A stretch of DNA of 64,000 nucleotides. Source: Amoebidium appalachense. Taxonomy: Eukaryota > Protista > Ichthyosporea. The position numbers were made by a program, and so were the translations under genes. Positions 1-11,603 of the stretch are shown here, in pieces. Each line of letters starts with the position of its first letter. The stretch's first letter is position 1. The stretch is taken from NCBI GenBank assembly GCA_963693365.1, contig CAVNZM010000002.1, positions 17,641,615-17,705,614 on the forward strand. Direction: 5' to 3'. Under the pieces are notes generated by a model. That model ran no database searches. It worked only from the letters and a program-made list of their open reading frames with translations, and had not been told where the DNA came from.

Positions 1-177
1 GGCTACCTGACCCAGCTGAGAAACAAGGCACTGGCCCTCACCCACGTGGCCCCACCCACGTGCGGGGTGTGTGTGTGCGGACCATCGAAGATGGCCTATG
101 ACGTCACAGTGGCATGTGCACGTGCCACGACCAATGAAATGGTTTTTGTGTGCAGTAAGGAGTCGTTTGAGCTGTGA
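1..177 (+). CDS. C-terminal end of a ferric reductase / NADPH oxidase-family (FNR-type NADPH-binding) protein; gene begins upstream of the window
   Basis: Frame 1 reads GYLTQLRNKALALTHVAPPTCGVCVCGPSKMAYDVTVACARATTNEMVFVCSKESFEL* (TGA 175-177). The GVxVCGP..M and terminal KESFEL motifs match the C-terminus of NOX/FRE/FRO proteins. Missed by the ORF track. Confidence 0.75.
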   Translation, partial: GYLTQLRNKALALTHVAPPTCGVCVCGPSKMAYDVTVACARATTNEMVFVCSKESFEL

Positions 178-1218
178 TTTGCAGCCAATTAGATAGGGGG
201 CTAGTCGCCCATATTAGGTTTGAACGTAGTGTGTATAGACGTAGTATGTACAAAGTAGAATGATTTAAGTAACAGGCACCAGGTTGTGTATGCTGCCATA
301 TGGGACCCGGTTAGTGCCTGATGTTGTTTCGTTTATTTAGTTTAGCAGTTTTAGGATTTTTCCAAATTTAGCAACTCTGAAGGACCCCCCAATAGCCCTA
401 GCCTAAGTGATATCTTCAGTTTACGTGTGTAATCCAACCATCACCCCCCACTGCCAGCACAAAATGCCGGCCACTTCGTTTTGTGACAGCCCACCAATCA
501 CATCACTCGCATGCTAACCCGTCGGTTCTCATTGGTGGCTTTCTGCTGTGCCATCATGAGCGACCAATAAAGCAAACCGTGGCAATACATGTGATACCCA
601 ATCAAGTCCAAGGGCTTGTTATCATGATATTGAGACGCCTGCGCATGTCCCCCCCCCCCCCCCCACAAGCACGGAAAGACACAACTTTCCCCCCATTCAC
701 TTGAACATTGACTGGTCCTCTCCTCAACGACCCGTACAGGCACATGTTGGATACCGCTGATGAACACGTATTCATTAGTCACAACCCCCCTTTCCCGGAC
801 GACACATGTACAGACACACACACACACACACTCTTGCTCTCTCAGCTCTCTCCCTCTCTCTCTTGTCCCCTCCCCTCCCCCCCCCCCTCTCCACCCTCCA
901 CAAATGGCATGGTCTCGCATCCAACCGACTGGTCCCACACCCCCGTCATATCCAGACACCCCACCATACATGCGAGCACCGATGCATTGGAATGGTTCAT
1001 ATACTTGTCACTAACATCTACGGTGTGACCCTCCCCCCCACTCCCTAACCCCCCTTCCCCCTTCAGAATCCCTCCCCCCCCCCCGCAGTTTAGCCGTCAC
1101 TAACAGATAGTTCTAACGTAGGCCACTACCCCTCGTATGCCACCAATGGCATGTAACCGTATCATGGCCATGAAAAAAAAACGTTGACAAACAAAAAAAA
1201 AATAATAATCCCGAAGGT

Positions 1219-1255
<37 letters not shown>

Positions 1256-2859
1256 TTGCCAGTGGCACCACACACACACACACACCACTACATACAACCA
1301 TCACCACTGCCACTTTAGAGAAAATTGCGTACTTATTGATATCCCCCCTCCTCCCCCCCGCCCCCCCCCCCCCCCCAAAAAAAATACATGTCCGGATACA
1401 CATTCATGGTCAAACCAGTGAACAACATATTACACCATATCATATATCATGATACATAGCATGGTGGTGTGTGTGTGTGTGGTGTGTGTGTGCACGCGCG
1501 CACCTCACGCGCATGTGTATGCGTGTGAGCATGCGTGTATGCGATTATGTACGTCTCAAGTTCCGTAAACGAGTCCCGCACACTCGCACACCTGTGGATG
1601 CTCATCTGCACTTTCACACCATTCACATGCACAAACTTAGCATAAACATACACGTACTAAGGACACATTGTGAAGATGACCACGTGCACACACACAGAGA
1701 GAGACATACACACACGGACACAACCTCGTTTTCGGAGAACAAGCCGTGTATGTCAAGGGTCACGCTCATAACAGTATTGGTTTCCAACAGCAGTACCGCC
1801 TTTACACCACCTGTTGCTGTAGCCTCAGCATGGATCTTATGTCTAGATCTTTCTCTGTGTCTGCAACTACGTAACGATTCTGCAACACCGCTACTATGGG
1901 GCTGCATAAGCACACATTCGAAACGAAGGTGTGGGGAGGAGAAGGAGGACTCTGCGTGAACGGGCGCGCTTCATGAACGGTGGGACGCAACGACCAGAAG
2001 GTTAAGATTTTATATATACGCCACGTTCAACCGTGCTTAGCTCTTCCTAACACCTGTCTCGCCTCCTCTCAAATGCCGTCCTTTTCTCATGGTTGCCATT
2101 CACGCGCCTGGCCCTCTTCTGGATTTTTCCATTCATACCAACAAGCAGCAGCACTGTGGCAGCGGCCAGCTGGGCCAACTCCTCTTCTCTCTCTTCCCTT
2201 TGAAGAATAATCGCTATGCTTCAATTAAACCTTCCGTTCCCCTCTATTTCCTCCCTCTTCTTAACACCTCCACCACCCTCCTCCTCCTGCTCCTCCCGAA
2301 ACAACTCGCCCTTTCCCCAGACCCACGACGGTGTGTATCTATTTCCCTGGGCAGACGGAAGTTCCCGAACGTACATACACGACCTTCCTGTCTGCCGCAC
2401 CTTCAAGTTTGCTCATTCATAGCTCCCCCAGATGATAGCTTCACCTCAAGGCCCCCTAACACTTCACCTCCACTTCATGTTCCATCTGTTTTGCCACCCT
2501 TTTACGTGACTCTGTTTTTTTTGTTTTTTTTGGCGGGCTCGCATCTCCGCGGCTCGCGCATGCATTCCGTTCGACGACTTTGGCGCCAAGGAGGGTAAAT
2601 TCCTTCACCTGTTTCAGACTCTGAGACTGAGAGTCACAAGGTTGGAATGTGCATGGAAAAAACCGTTTCAAGCACTGCTTAAACGGCAAAAAACTAATAT
2701 TTATAATTTAGGGAATATATATATTGTATGTAGTAGCCTTGTGAGTGTTTTCTGTAAGTTTTATGCCTTTCTTCATGCCATCTAAACCACATAAGATCAC
2801 CTGCATGATCTTAGGAGGCTTTGAATTCCGGTCAATTCTGGTTTTGTTGACTAAAAGCC

Positions 2860-3125
2860 TATTGGCTAATCTGAACACAGAAAAAGGAAACCTCATAAAT
2901 TATCTATTACATAATCTTACATGACCTCTTAACATTGGTTTGATATCATTATTTTATATAGGTAGGTTCCAAAATAGAGTTATATGATTGGATTGTATTA
3001 CGGTCGAAAGCTGATTGGCTCAATTTTCTTGGCGCTAGCCTTATTGGGACGGCTGTGAACACATGTGTGAGTCGAGCGCTTTGTGCATGTGACTTCTCAG
3101 GGGAACAACAACAACGTCACAAAAG
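2860..3125 (+). promoter_or_regulatory. Putative Myc promoter region with CCAAT boxes and a CRE-like half site
   Basis: AT-rich segment upstream of the Myc ATG with several ATTGG (reverse CCAAT) motifs (~2861, ~2988, ~3014, ~3043) and ACGTCA (~3114). Motif inference only. Confidence 0.35.
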
Positions 3126-3572
3126 TTTTTTTTTTTTTTTTTTTTTGGCGCCGAAAGTTTTATCTGTGGCTCAAGTTGTTTGTTCTAGCTTCCACGTTCC
3201 TTTTTTATATAAAAAAAAAAGAGCCTAATTTTTTTTTGTTTGGGGGAGTAGAAAGACACCCTTTACATTTTTCAAGTGTTCTTTTTCGGTGGCCAGCGGC
3301 AGCCTAGTCGGCACAAAAAATCCTGCAATCTAGCAGAGAACAAAACACCCCCTTTCCCTCTTTTTGTGCTACCAGTTTATAGTTTTTTTTGTTTTTTGTT
3401 TTTTTTTTTGGGACCGAGAGCATTTTATAGGGTGTACGCTTACATGAGATTGTCAGTGGGACACCTGTAGGTTTGCGCCGTGTGTGCACAGACTGGTTTC
3501 GGAGTGACGTAGCCATGAGCAAAAGAGGTACCAGGAAACATGACGTATGTACAGACATTGAAAAGAGAAAAA

Positions 3573-3933
3573 ATGGAAGACAACGCTTTTACAGTCAAAC
3601 GGGAGGACCAAAATTGTCACAACCACCAAGAATTGTGCGCAGAAAGTTGTCCTGCTTGTGAGGTTGGGTTCATTGACCAGGACATACCCGATGGAGTGGG
3701 AATACTTTTTGAGCTTATCACACGGGAGGAAGTACTGAACGAACCTGATGTTGTGATGGAGAACGAGAATATTGTATCATTTGCACAGGCGGAAGTGGTG
3801 GGGTTGCGGTTACGTCACTGCTTTGCGGACTTTGACCTTGCTGTGGCTACACACACACCCCAACCTGTGTGCAGTACGTTGGAGGTTAGTGTGTGCGTTT
3901 GGCCTGCCTGTATCTTCCTCTCTGTGACCTCTT

Positions 3934-3967
<34 letters not shown>

Positions 3968-4557
3968 TTTTCCCCCTCCCTTCCACCTCTTCCCACCACC
4001 ACCACCATTCCCGGGGTTTGTTGCTGTTGTTGCTGCTTCTTTCCCCTCACTTTCCGTACATGAATTTGCCGGCTTTAGTATCTTTGTGATGCTCCAGAAA
4101 CGGGAATCTCCTTTTTACAGACGTAGGAGTAACCATCAGTGCCTTGGCTCGAGAAGTGTGAAAGAAATGTTACCTAAATGAAAACATTGTTTGGGATGTG
4201 TATGTATGTGTTGAGGGAGGGAAGAGTGGTCGTTTTGACTTATGGGTGGTGGCGGTCGGTTGGGATGATTTGCCGCTGATGCTACGGATGTTGCCAGGAG
4301 ATAAACGTAAGGATCTTTAGGTGCTTTCTGTTTTGCAAGGCCTCGTCTCTTTGCTCTCTTTTTCTTACTATCTTTTTGCCATTTCCTTTGCTCGGGCGTT
4401 GCTACCAAGGTCCTCCATACCTCTGTGTGATTGTTCTTGCTGCGCCTTGCTGTTCTGTACGGTGAGTTTTGTGGTCTCAGTAGCTCGTAGTGTGAAAGCA
4501 TCCTAAACCCCCTCTCTCCCTCCCCCTCCCTCCCCCTACCCACCTCCCCCCCCCCCC

Positions 4558-4588
<31 letters not shown>

Positions 4589-4637
4589 ACACACTGCACC
4601 TTCCTCCCGTGCGCCGCCACCTGACACAACACAAAGC

Positions 4638-4684
<47 letters not shown>

Positions 4685-5439
4685 GCACCAGCAGGGTTGC
4701 AGCAGTGCCTCCCGCACTCTGAGCAGTCTATGGATCCCACATTTGGCCGACGACCCCACAGCCATCCTTCCTCCCACCCCCACCGTGTCCACCGTGCCTT
4801 TTACAAGCAGCGAGTTCACCAACCCTCCCTCTGTCGTATCCTTCGACACACGAGACGACACCCCCCCCGCCACCCCCACCCCCGCCAGTGTGTCTGCATG
4901 CTCTACCCCCGCATGCGCCTGCAGGCAGATGGAGTCGGACGGGCAGGTGGAAGATGCTGGAACGGGTCTGTGGCCGTGGGAAGGGTCGGGGGCAGGGGGG
5001 GACACGGTGGGAATTGAACCCCACAAGGTGCTGCTGCAGGCGCACATGCCTAATATGGTAATGCCAAATATGGTTTCTTTCGCCACCGCTGTCACCCCCA
5101 CCGCCACACCTCTCCCTCGGGGCAAGCTGTTTGGATTCGTCAAGTCGGAGGCCACCTCTGTGGCCCCCAGTATGTGTGGCGATTCCGGTATTTGCCCCAC
5201 CCCCCTCCCTCCCCCTCCCTCCCCCCCCCCCCCCCCCCCTCCCCGCCCACCCTAACCCCCACCCCCCACACACGTACTCTCTCTTCTAACATCTGGTTGT
5301 GTGTCTTGCTGTTTCAACAGTGGTTTATTGTGTTGTAGCAGGGATGGGATTAAGGGTGGATGTGTGTAGTTGCCCAGGGTTCTTTGTGTGCCGTGATCCT
5401 AGTTTGGTTCATTTTTGCTCTGTGCAGCAGCATGTTAGA

Positions 5440-5486
<47 letters not shown>

Positions 5487-5568
5487 CCGCCACCGCCCCT
5501 CTCCTTGCCGCACTCAACACACACACGAGGCTCCACCCCTGCCCTACCTGTCCAAACTGCCTGCTAAC

Positions 5569-5606
<38 letters not shown>

Positions 5607-6279
5607 AGGTGACGACTCAGACATCGACGTAGTGTCTGTGGACCCCTTCGACACCAACATGGCTGCTGCCCTCAGGGCCACCCTCCACCCCCCCACACAC
5701 ACACAGTCGCTCGTGCTGCCTGCGACCCCTGCCGGCCCTTCTCCCTCCCTCTCTTCCTGCTCGTCTGTGTCGGCACGAAGTGACACGGAGTGCTCTGTGG
5801 CCTCGTTTTCACCCAGCGACCACATGGCAAAGAGGGACCGGGACGGGGCTACAAAGGGCATGGATACGAGAATGGCCCACAACTTTCTGGAACGCCGTAG
5901 AAGGCTGGACCTGAGGTCGACGCAGAACAGACTACGCTTTGCCGTTCCCACAGTGGCTCACGACCCTACAGCGTCATGCACTACCATATTAGGTGCTGCC
6001 GTCCGCCATATAAGGCTATTGCGTGCGCACCACGAGGAGATGATTGGTGAGTTGATGAGGGTCAGGAACGAGGGTATGATGCTGGCCAATCGCGTGAGAG
6101 AGTTGGGCGGGGAGGCCGTGTACCCTGCACCCCGGATGGTCATGCCCCCCCCACCTCCTACTGTGTGGTATGCACCTGATGGCAGCCAATTGCTGCCCCC
6201 CATGGGTAGTCATATATGGGCAAATGTGGAGGGGGGCATGCAGATGGACCCCATGCGCATGGCGTTGACCACCATGTAG
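3573..6279 (+). CDS. MYC: Myc-family bHLH-ZIP transcription factor (divergent), 3 coding exons: 3573(or 3540)-3884, 4695-5187, 5609-6279
   Basis: Phase-consistent splicing: GAG|gttagt..cag|GGT (phase 0) and TCC G|gtattt..cag|GT GAC (phase 1). Carries acidic DDSDIDVVSVD (Myc EEIDVV motif) and bHLH-ZIP RMAHNFLERRRRLDLRSTQNRLRFAVPTVAHDPTASCTTILGAAVRHIRLL..LANRVREL. A weak MBI-like GILFELIT lies in exon 1. Confidence 0.85.
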
Positions 6280-7437
6280 TCTGCTCTCTGTATGGGTGGT
6301 GGTCTGTTTTCAAGTTATCCCTGTGGATATGCACACGACTTTCTTACGTAAGGACACACAGTTTGGGCGTGATATGAAAGCTAATTTCGAAGATCTGATT
6401 TGTTGATTGCGATAACATGCCTCATGCCTTTGTTGTTGAAATGTTAAGTGTATTGTATGGCGATCGAAGAGTATGAAGCGAAAGTAGCAGTATAGAGCGT
6501 GAGCAGGAACGAGATATGGTTGGGTGCGCGTTGTTCTGACACACACACACACACACACACAAACACACATTTTTTAAAGCCCTTTTTGATCAATGTAAAG
6601 GCTCGTATATAAATATATACAGGACCGAAGCTTTGCATAAACCGTTGTTCTACTTAGCACCTAGTAATACCTAACCCCCTTAAAAACATAATGAATGCAA
6701 CCCTAATACAGAACATAAATACCACGATCAGTACACTCCAATGAAATTCGTGTAAATACTGGCATATAAATAGATGGTAATTTTTAGCACATCTGCGAGC
6801 TCGAGTGGCTGTGTTCAAGTCGTGCCTTGGAGACACTGTGATATCCTTTGTGCAAAAGCATGTTATTGTGTGAGTGTATGTGTACGTGCATGGATGTGTG
6901 GCTTAAGGGTTAGGAACATTAGAGTCGGTGTAGGTGTACGGCAAAGGTAGGGTGCAGTCATGAGCGTGAGAGGGCCCGGGGGGGGAGGGGGGAAGGCGGA
7001 ATGAGAGGAGGGAGGGAGGGAGGGGGGAATACTGTCTAATTCGAATTCACATTCAATTCTTGCCAGTGTCCCCGTCTCCCCTCCCCCCCCCCCCCCCCCT
7101 CCCCCCCCCCCCCCCCCCCTCCCCCCCCCCCCCCCCCCCCCTCCGTCCCTCCACCCCTCTAGGCCTATAGCTATGCAGTTTGAGTTGAATAGACCACTAA
7201 AAAGAACATCACTTGCATTCCTGTGATGCCTGCTCGGCCAATCCAATCGCCCACCTGCATGACGCACATTCCTCCTGGTACGGCACGTACGCACCGACTA
7301 TAGCTATCGGGCTCCGGCGCAGAGTGCAACTGCAGGCCGTCGTTCCTGCAAAAAATTGCTCCTGCGTGAGTTCCGCACATAATGGGCATGCAACACATGC
7401 GCATGCACGTACACTACCCACACACCACACAACAACC

Positions 7438-8035
7438 GGGCAGATTTATTCTGCGCACGAGCAGAATCATTCCGCTCGACAGGCTGAGCAGAGTTACTTT
7501 GATATGATTGGACGAATCATGAAGAGTATGGTTCATGCAGTGCCGAACAATTCTTCTGTTGCAGGCTTTTTGCAGAATACTTTTATATTAGTATTGTGCA
7601 GAATAATTCAGGCTTTTTGCGATATTCTTAGATGTCAGGCTTTTTGCAGAATACGTCACGGTTTTATAATTAGCAGAATAATTCAACAGGCCTCATTTTG
7701 CAGAATAATTCAGTTTCAATAGAATAATTCAGGCTCTTTGCAGAATAATTCAGGCTTTTTGCAGAACAAGTCAGGCTTTTCACAGGATAATTCAGGCTCT
7801 TTGCAGAATAATTCAGGCTTTTTGCAGAACAATTCAGGCTTTTTACAGGATAATCCAGGCTTTTTGCAGAATAATTCCAGCAGAAAGCAGGCTGATTCAA
7901 CTTCAAAGAATGATCAACAGGCAGGAAGGCTTTTACTATGGTTATTCAGCACAATCCAAACAATTCTGCAGGCTTTGAGCCAGAACTTTTCTGCTCGAAG
8001 TAGACTTGTCCGCAAAAAGAAGAATCTGTCTGCAT
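7438..8035. repeat. 21-bp tandem repeat (GCAGAATAATTCAGGCTTTTT) inside a possible non-autonomous DNA element
   Basis: About 7-8 tandem units at 7721-7880, plus scattered copies from ~7560. Imperfect inverted flanks: CGAGCAGAA ~7457 vs TTCTGCTCG ~7989; GCAGATTTATTC ~7440 vs GAATCTGTCTGC ~8022. Confidence 0.65.
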
Positions 8036-8312
8036 TACAAAGAATTATTATTGCAAAAAGCGGAACCATTGTTCGTGTTATTCGATGCAGGTTTGTTGCG
8101 GCGCGTGCTAAGCAGATTGATTCTCAACGGTTGCATCATTGGCTCTTGATTTACCTTCCGAATTTATTTCCAGGCCACAGCTACAGCAACATAGGTGGCG
8201 GGTGGGGGTACCGGGTGGGTGGGTGGAGGGAGGGGGGGGAGAGGGGAGGCCGGGTGGGAAGAAAGGGAAGAAAGGCGGAAGGGGCTGGGGGCCAATGCAT
8301 GGAGGCGCAGGG

Positions 8313-8353
<41 letters not shown>

Positions 8354-8735
8354 TGGTAAAGAACGTAGTCACTTAGTAAACGAGATAGGAGGACGCGTAT
8401 CATGCAAGTAACAATAATTAAGCACACATTTTCGATCCCACCCACACACCACTGTCTACGATTTTCTCAGGCTTAACACTGCCTTTTGCTGTTTGCCCCT
8501 GCACCCACATGTATCTTGCAACCGGTCCTCCTCCCCCCCTTTTCCTCCCTTCCCCTCCCCCCTCCCGGCCGCTCCCCCCCCCCCCCCCCCCCCCTCCCCC
8601 CCTCCCCCCCCTCTATCCCTCCCTCCCCCTTCCCCGTGACCATCACCAACAAAGAAAAGAGGGATTTGGCATTAGTTACTGATGCATTCAACCGGGCCAT
8701 TCGTGCATGTGTGCGCACACACAAGTTTGAGGGGG

Positions 8736-8823
<88 letters not shown>

Positions 8824-9362
8824 TGCGTGTCGCACATGCACATGTGCTTGTGTGGGGGGAGGGACGGAAAGGGGAGGGGACAGGGGACGGACAGGGGGGG
8901 TGGGTGTGGTAAACTAGTTTTATGACCACTTATCCCCTTTTCAAAACCAGAGTATACCGTGAGGAATTGTTTCACTTTATCGCACACGTCGGCCTGAGCA
9001 CAACCAGGCTGGCAGGAATGCTTATCATACAAGCGCACGTGCGCATTGGCCACGTGCACAGCACACATATGCGCACGTGTCTGTATGCATGGTGATGTGT
9101 GTTGGTGTGTGCACAGACTCCATAACATTGCATTTCATGACTAATACTCTGTGCAAAAGGATTATACCGGCATTCAATGCACGGTATTATTGCATTGCAC
9201 CCTGATTCAACTGCTATTGACTTTAAAGACTTTGCAGCCCAGCAGGCCACCCATTCATGCATCTATTTATATGCCTCTACATGCCCTTGTAGACTCCACC
9301 AGAGGCCCAACCAAAAGCATCCGACCATGCTCACTATTCTATTATATACACGACACTATCAG

Positions 9363-9394
<32 letters not shown>

Positions 9395-9597
9395 CCCCCC
9401 CCCCCCCCAAAATAAAATTAAAAACTGACCATTTATTGGACGCCAATAAAACACAATGTCCCAACATACGTATTTTGTTATATTACGATACAAATGTTAG
9501 TTAACCAGCACTATGTGCCCAAGGCCCATGTCTTGCTACCACTTACAATTGTGAACAACAATAGCTTCCATACATGTATCCCTCCCCTCCCCCCCCC

Positions 9598-9635
<38 letters not shown>

Positions 9636-9817
9636 GAAAATGGAGTGCCTGTGGGAGAAACACACAGAGAGAAGGGTGTTGGGGTAAAGAGAGAAGCGGG
9701 AGCGAGAGAGGGTGGGATGTTAGAGGGGAGGGGGAGAGGGAGAGGGTGAAAGATGTGAGTGACAAAGAGAGAGAGGGACACAAGGAGGAACAGTAACACA
9801 GATAGACCACCACCGCA

Positions 9818-11260
9818 CTACCGCTCGTCCTGCATCCTATCGACCCAGCACTTGAGCAACCCCTTTACCCCGCTCTTCAGCTGGTGGTTGGGAGGCTGCT
9901 TGAGCCCAAAACCCTGCGACGTCTTAATCACCGCCACAAACTCCTGGTGCGACAGACACCCATCCCCGTTGTCGTCGAATATGCGAAAGATGATGTCCAG
10001 AACCTCCCCGTCTAGATCCTCCCCGTTTGTTGCTCTGATTGCCCGCTGGAAGGTTTTCTTGTCCACACTCAGCCCTGCGTCTGTGTGCATGCGCAACGCA
10101 TCCTCTAGCGCCGATATGTTGTCTTTCAGCTCCAAGTACCCCAGCCACTTCTTCCACCCCATCAACTTCTCCTCCGACAGCTGCTCCGTCCTATCCATGA
10201 GCGTGTCTTTGAGCTTTCCACTGCGGATAAACGATAACATGGCCACTGCAAACGCCCTTTCAGTCATCACCTCTCCCGGCCCACCGGCCAGATCCTCGTA
10301 CTCGATCTTCCCCAACTCATCCCTAATGGCAATCACCGCCTCCTTAAACTGCTGAAAGCTGACCCCCTTGCGATTCTTATCCACCCCGAAAAGTGTGCGC
10401 AAGAGCCCTAGCTCCAGCTTCTGACCGCCCGTTTTCGTAGTCGTACCTCCCCGGTCAAACAATTCCGCCGAGCTCTCTCTCACGTAGCTCATCACGCGGT
10501 AGAATTCCCCGAGGCTAACCATGCCGTTGTTATTCACGTCAAACATGCGGAAGGCGACCTCGACGTTCCTTATAGCTGTGGACAAAATGGTGAGGAAAAA
10601 GTGGTATTCGGGGAAGGTAATGAGAAGGTAGGGCTGGTCGGCGGGGCCGTCTTCCGGCCGTCGCTGGAAGAAGGTCCCATCGCTTGCACGCGTGCGCTTA
10701 CGCAAAGCCTTGAACTTCTCACGGGATATCTCGACGAAATTCTGCTCGCCAATGTGCTCGTTGGAGTGTTGGTGTGGGTGCTTGGCCATTGGGGAGAGTG
10801 ACCTCATCATGTCTTCTGGGGTCATGGCCACCTCGTCTCCACACTTATAGCTCGCATAGTAGCGGAACGTGCGCTCTAGTGTGCCCCCCTTGCGTATCTT
10901 CTTCGGGTGCCACTCCACCCCGTCCGAGTCCACACGGTGGGGGGGTGATTCGGTTGTGGCGTGTCTGGGTGGCCCCTCCGAAGGTTCGTCTGATTCCTTG
11001 TGGTGTTTCTCATGTTTGTGCATGTGCGGTTGTTTCTCCCCCTCTAGCAGGGTGGGCTTAGTTGTGGTTTGGTTCAAAAAAAGGGCAAAAAGCCCAACGG
11101 AACATGCACCCAAGAGCCCGTAGCCCACCCTCCTGCTCTGTTTGTCTGTGTGTTGAGCGTGTGTGAGCAGGTAGGCCTGTCCAGCTGACAAGGGGGAGAG
11201 GAGGGTGGGCCGGAGTAGCGCCCTGGCTTGGGGCCGTGACAAACTGAGAAGAATTTTCAT
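9818..11260 (-). CDS. MICU1: Mitochondrial calcium uptake protein (MICU1-like EF-hand regulator of the uniporter), single exon
   Basis: Uninterrupted ORF, likely start MKILLSLSRPQARALLRP (mitochondrial-presequence-like). Motifs TFRYYAS..EVAMTPEDMMRSL, EYHFFLTILST..RNVEVAFRMFDVNNNGMVSLGEF and IIFRIFDDNGDGCLSHQEF, plus a C-terminal Cys, match MICU1. Confidence 0.92.
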   Translation of the reverse strand: MKILLSLSRPQARALLRPTLLSPLSAGQAYLLTHAQHTDKQSRRVGYGLLGACSVGLFALFLNQTTTKPTLLEGEKQPHMHKHEKHHKESDEPSEGPPRHATTESPPHRVDSDGVEWHPKKIRKGGTLERTFRYYASYKCGDEVAMTPEDMMRSLSPMAKHPHQHSNEHIGEQNFVEISREKFKALRKRTRASDGTFFQRRPEDGPADQPYLLITFPEYHFFLTILSTAIRNVEVAFRMFDVNNNGMVSLGEFYRVMSYVRESSAELFDRGGTTTKTGGQKLELGLLRTLFGVDKNRKGVSFQQFKEAVIAIRDELGKIEYEDLAGGPGEVMTERAFAVAMLSFIRSGKLKDTLMDRTEQLSEEKLMGWKKWLGYLELKDNISALEDALRMHTDAGLSVDKKTFQRAIRATNGEDLDGEVLDIIFRIFDDNGDGCLSHQEFVAVIKTSQGFGLKQPPNHQLKSGVKGLLKCWVDRMQDER

Positions 11261-11603
11261 GGTGTGTGCCCGCCTGTGTGGGAAGCACTTCCCTTCATCC
11301 AACTTTGTCTCTAAAATAATGGTAATCGGAGTTTTCTCCCCGTTCTCCAGCCTAAAAGCATAAATAGCGCAATCTACTCTTTACATTAACAGAAAGACTT
11401 AAGGAGTCAAAAATTCCACTGTAGAAAAGTCAACTTCATATATTGAGATTAGGTGGGCGGCACATTTAGGCTACACTTACATGAGCAACCACGTCAGCTG
11501 TACTGCAGCTGCTCCAGTTGGACTGAGCGAGTGAAGCGGAAGCATCCAACGAACATAGAAGGCTACGAGGTCTTGTTAGTGCACCTTGCAGGGCAATATA
11601 AGA
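11261..11603. promoter_or_regulatory. Bidirectional promoter between MICU1 (-) and Tra2-like (+)
   Basis: About 340 bp between divergent start codons; contains a GGGCGG box (~11455) and CCACGTCA (~11489). Confidence 0.5.

Noticed and set aside
40-126. Cluster of CACGTG E-boxes and TGACGTCA near the Myc locus
   Set aside because: They lie inside the ferric reductase/NOX-like coding exon, and CACGTG is very common in this CA/GT-rich DNA.
480-2700. Short ORFs and possible minus-strand exons (e.g. 1623-1913, 498-640)
   Set aside because: Some splice-like boundaries, but no recognisable domain or phase-consistent model; an unknown gene or lncRNA cannot be excluded.
7738-8376. ORF with LQNNSGF heptad repeats; also considered as a CRISPR array
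   Set aside because: It is the translation of a 21-bp tandem repeat, with no unique spacers, no cas genes and a eukaryotic context.
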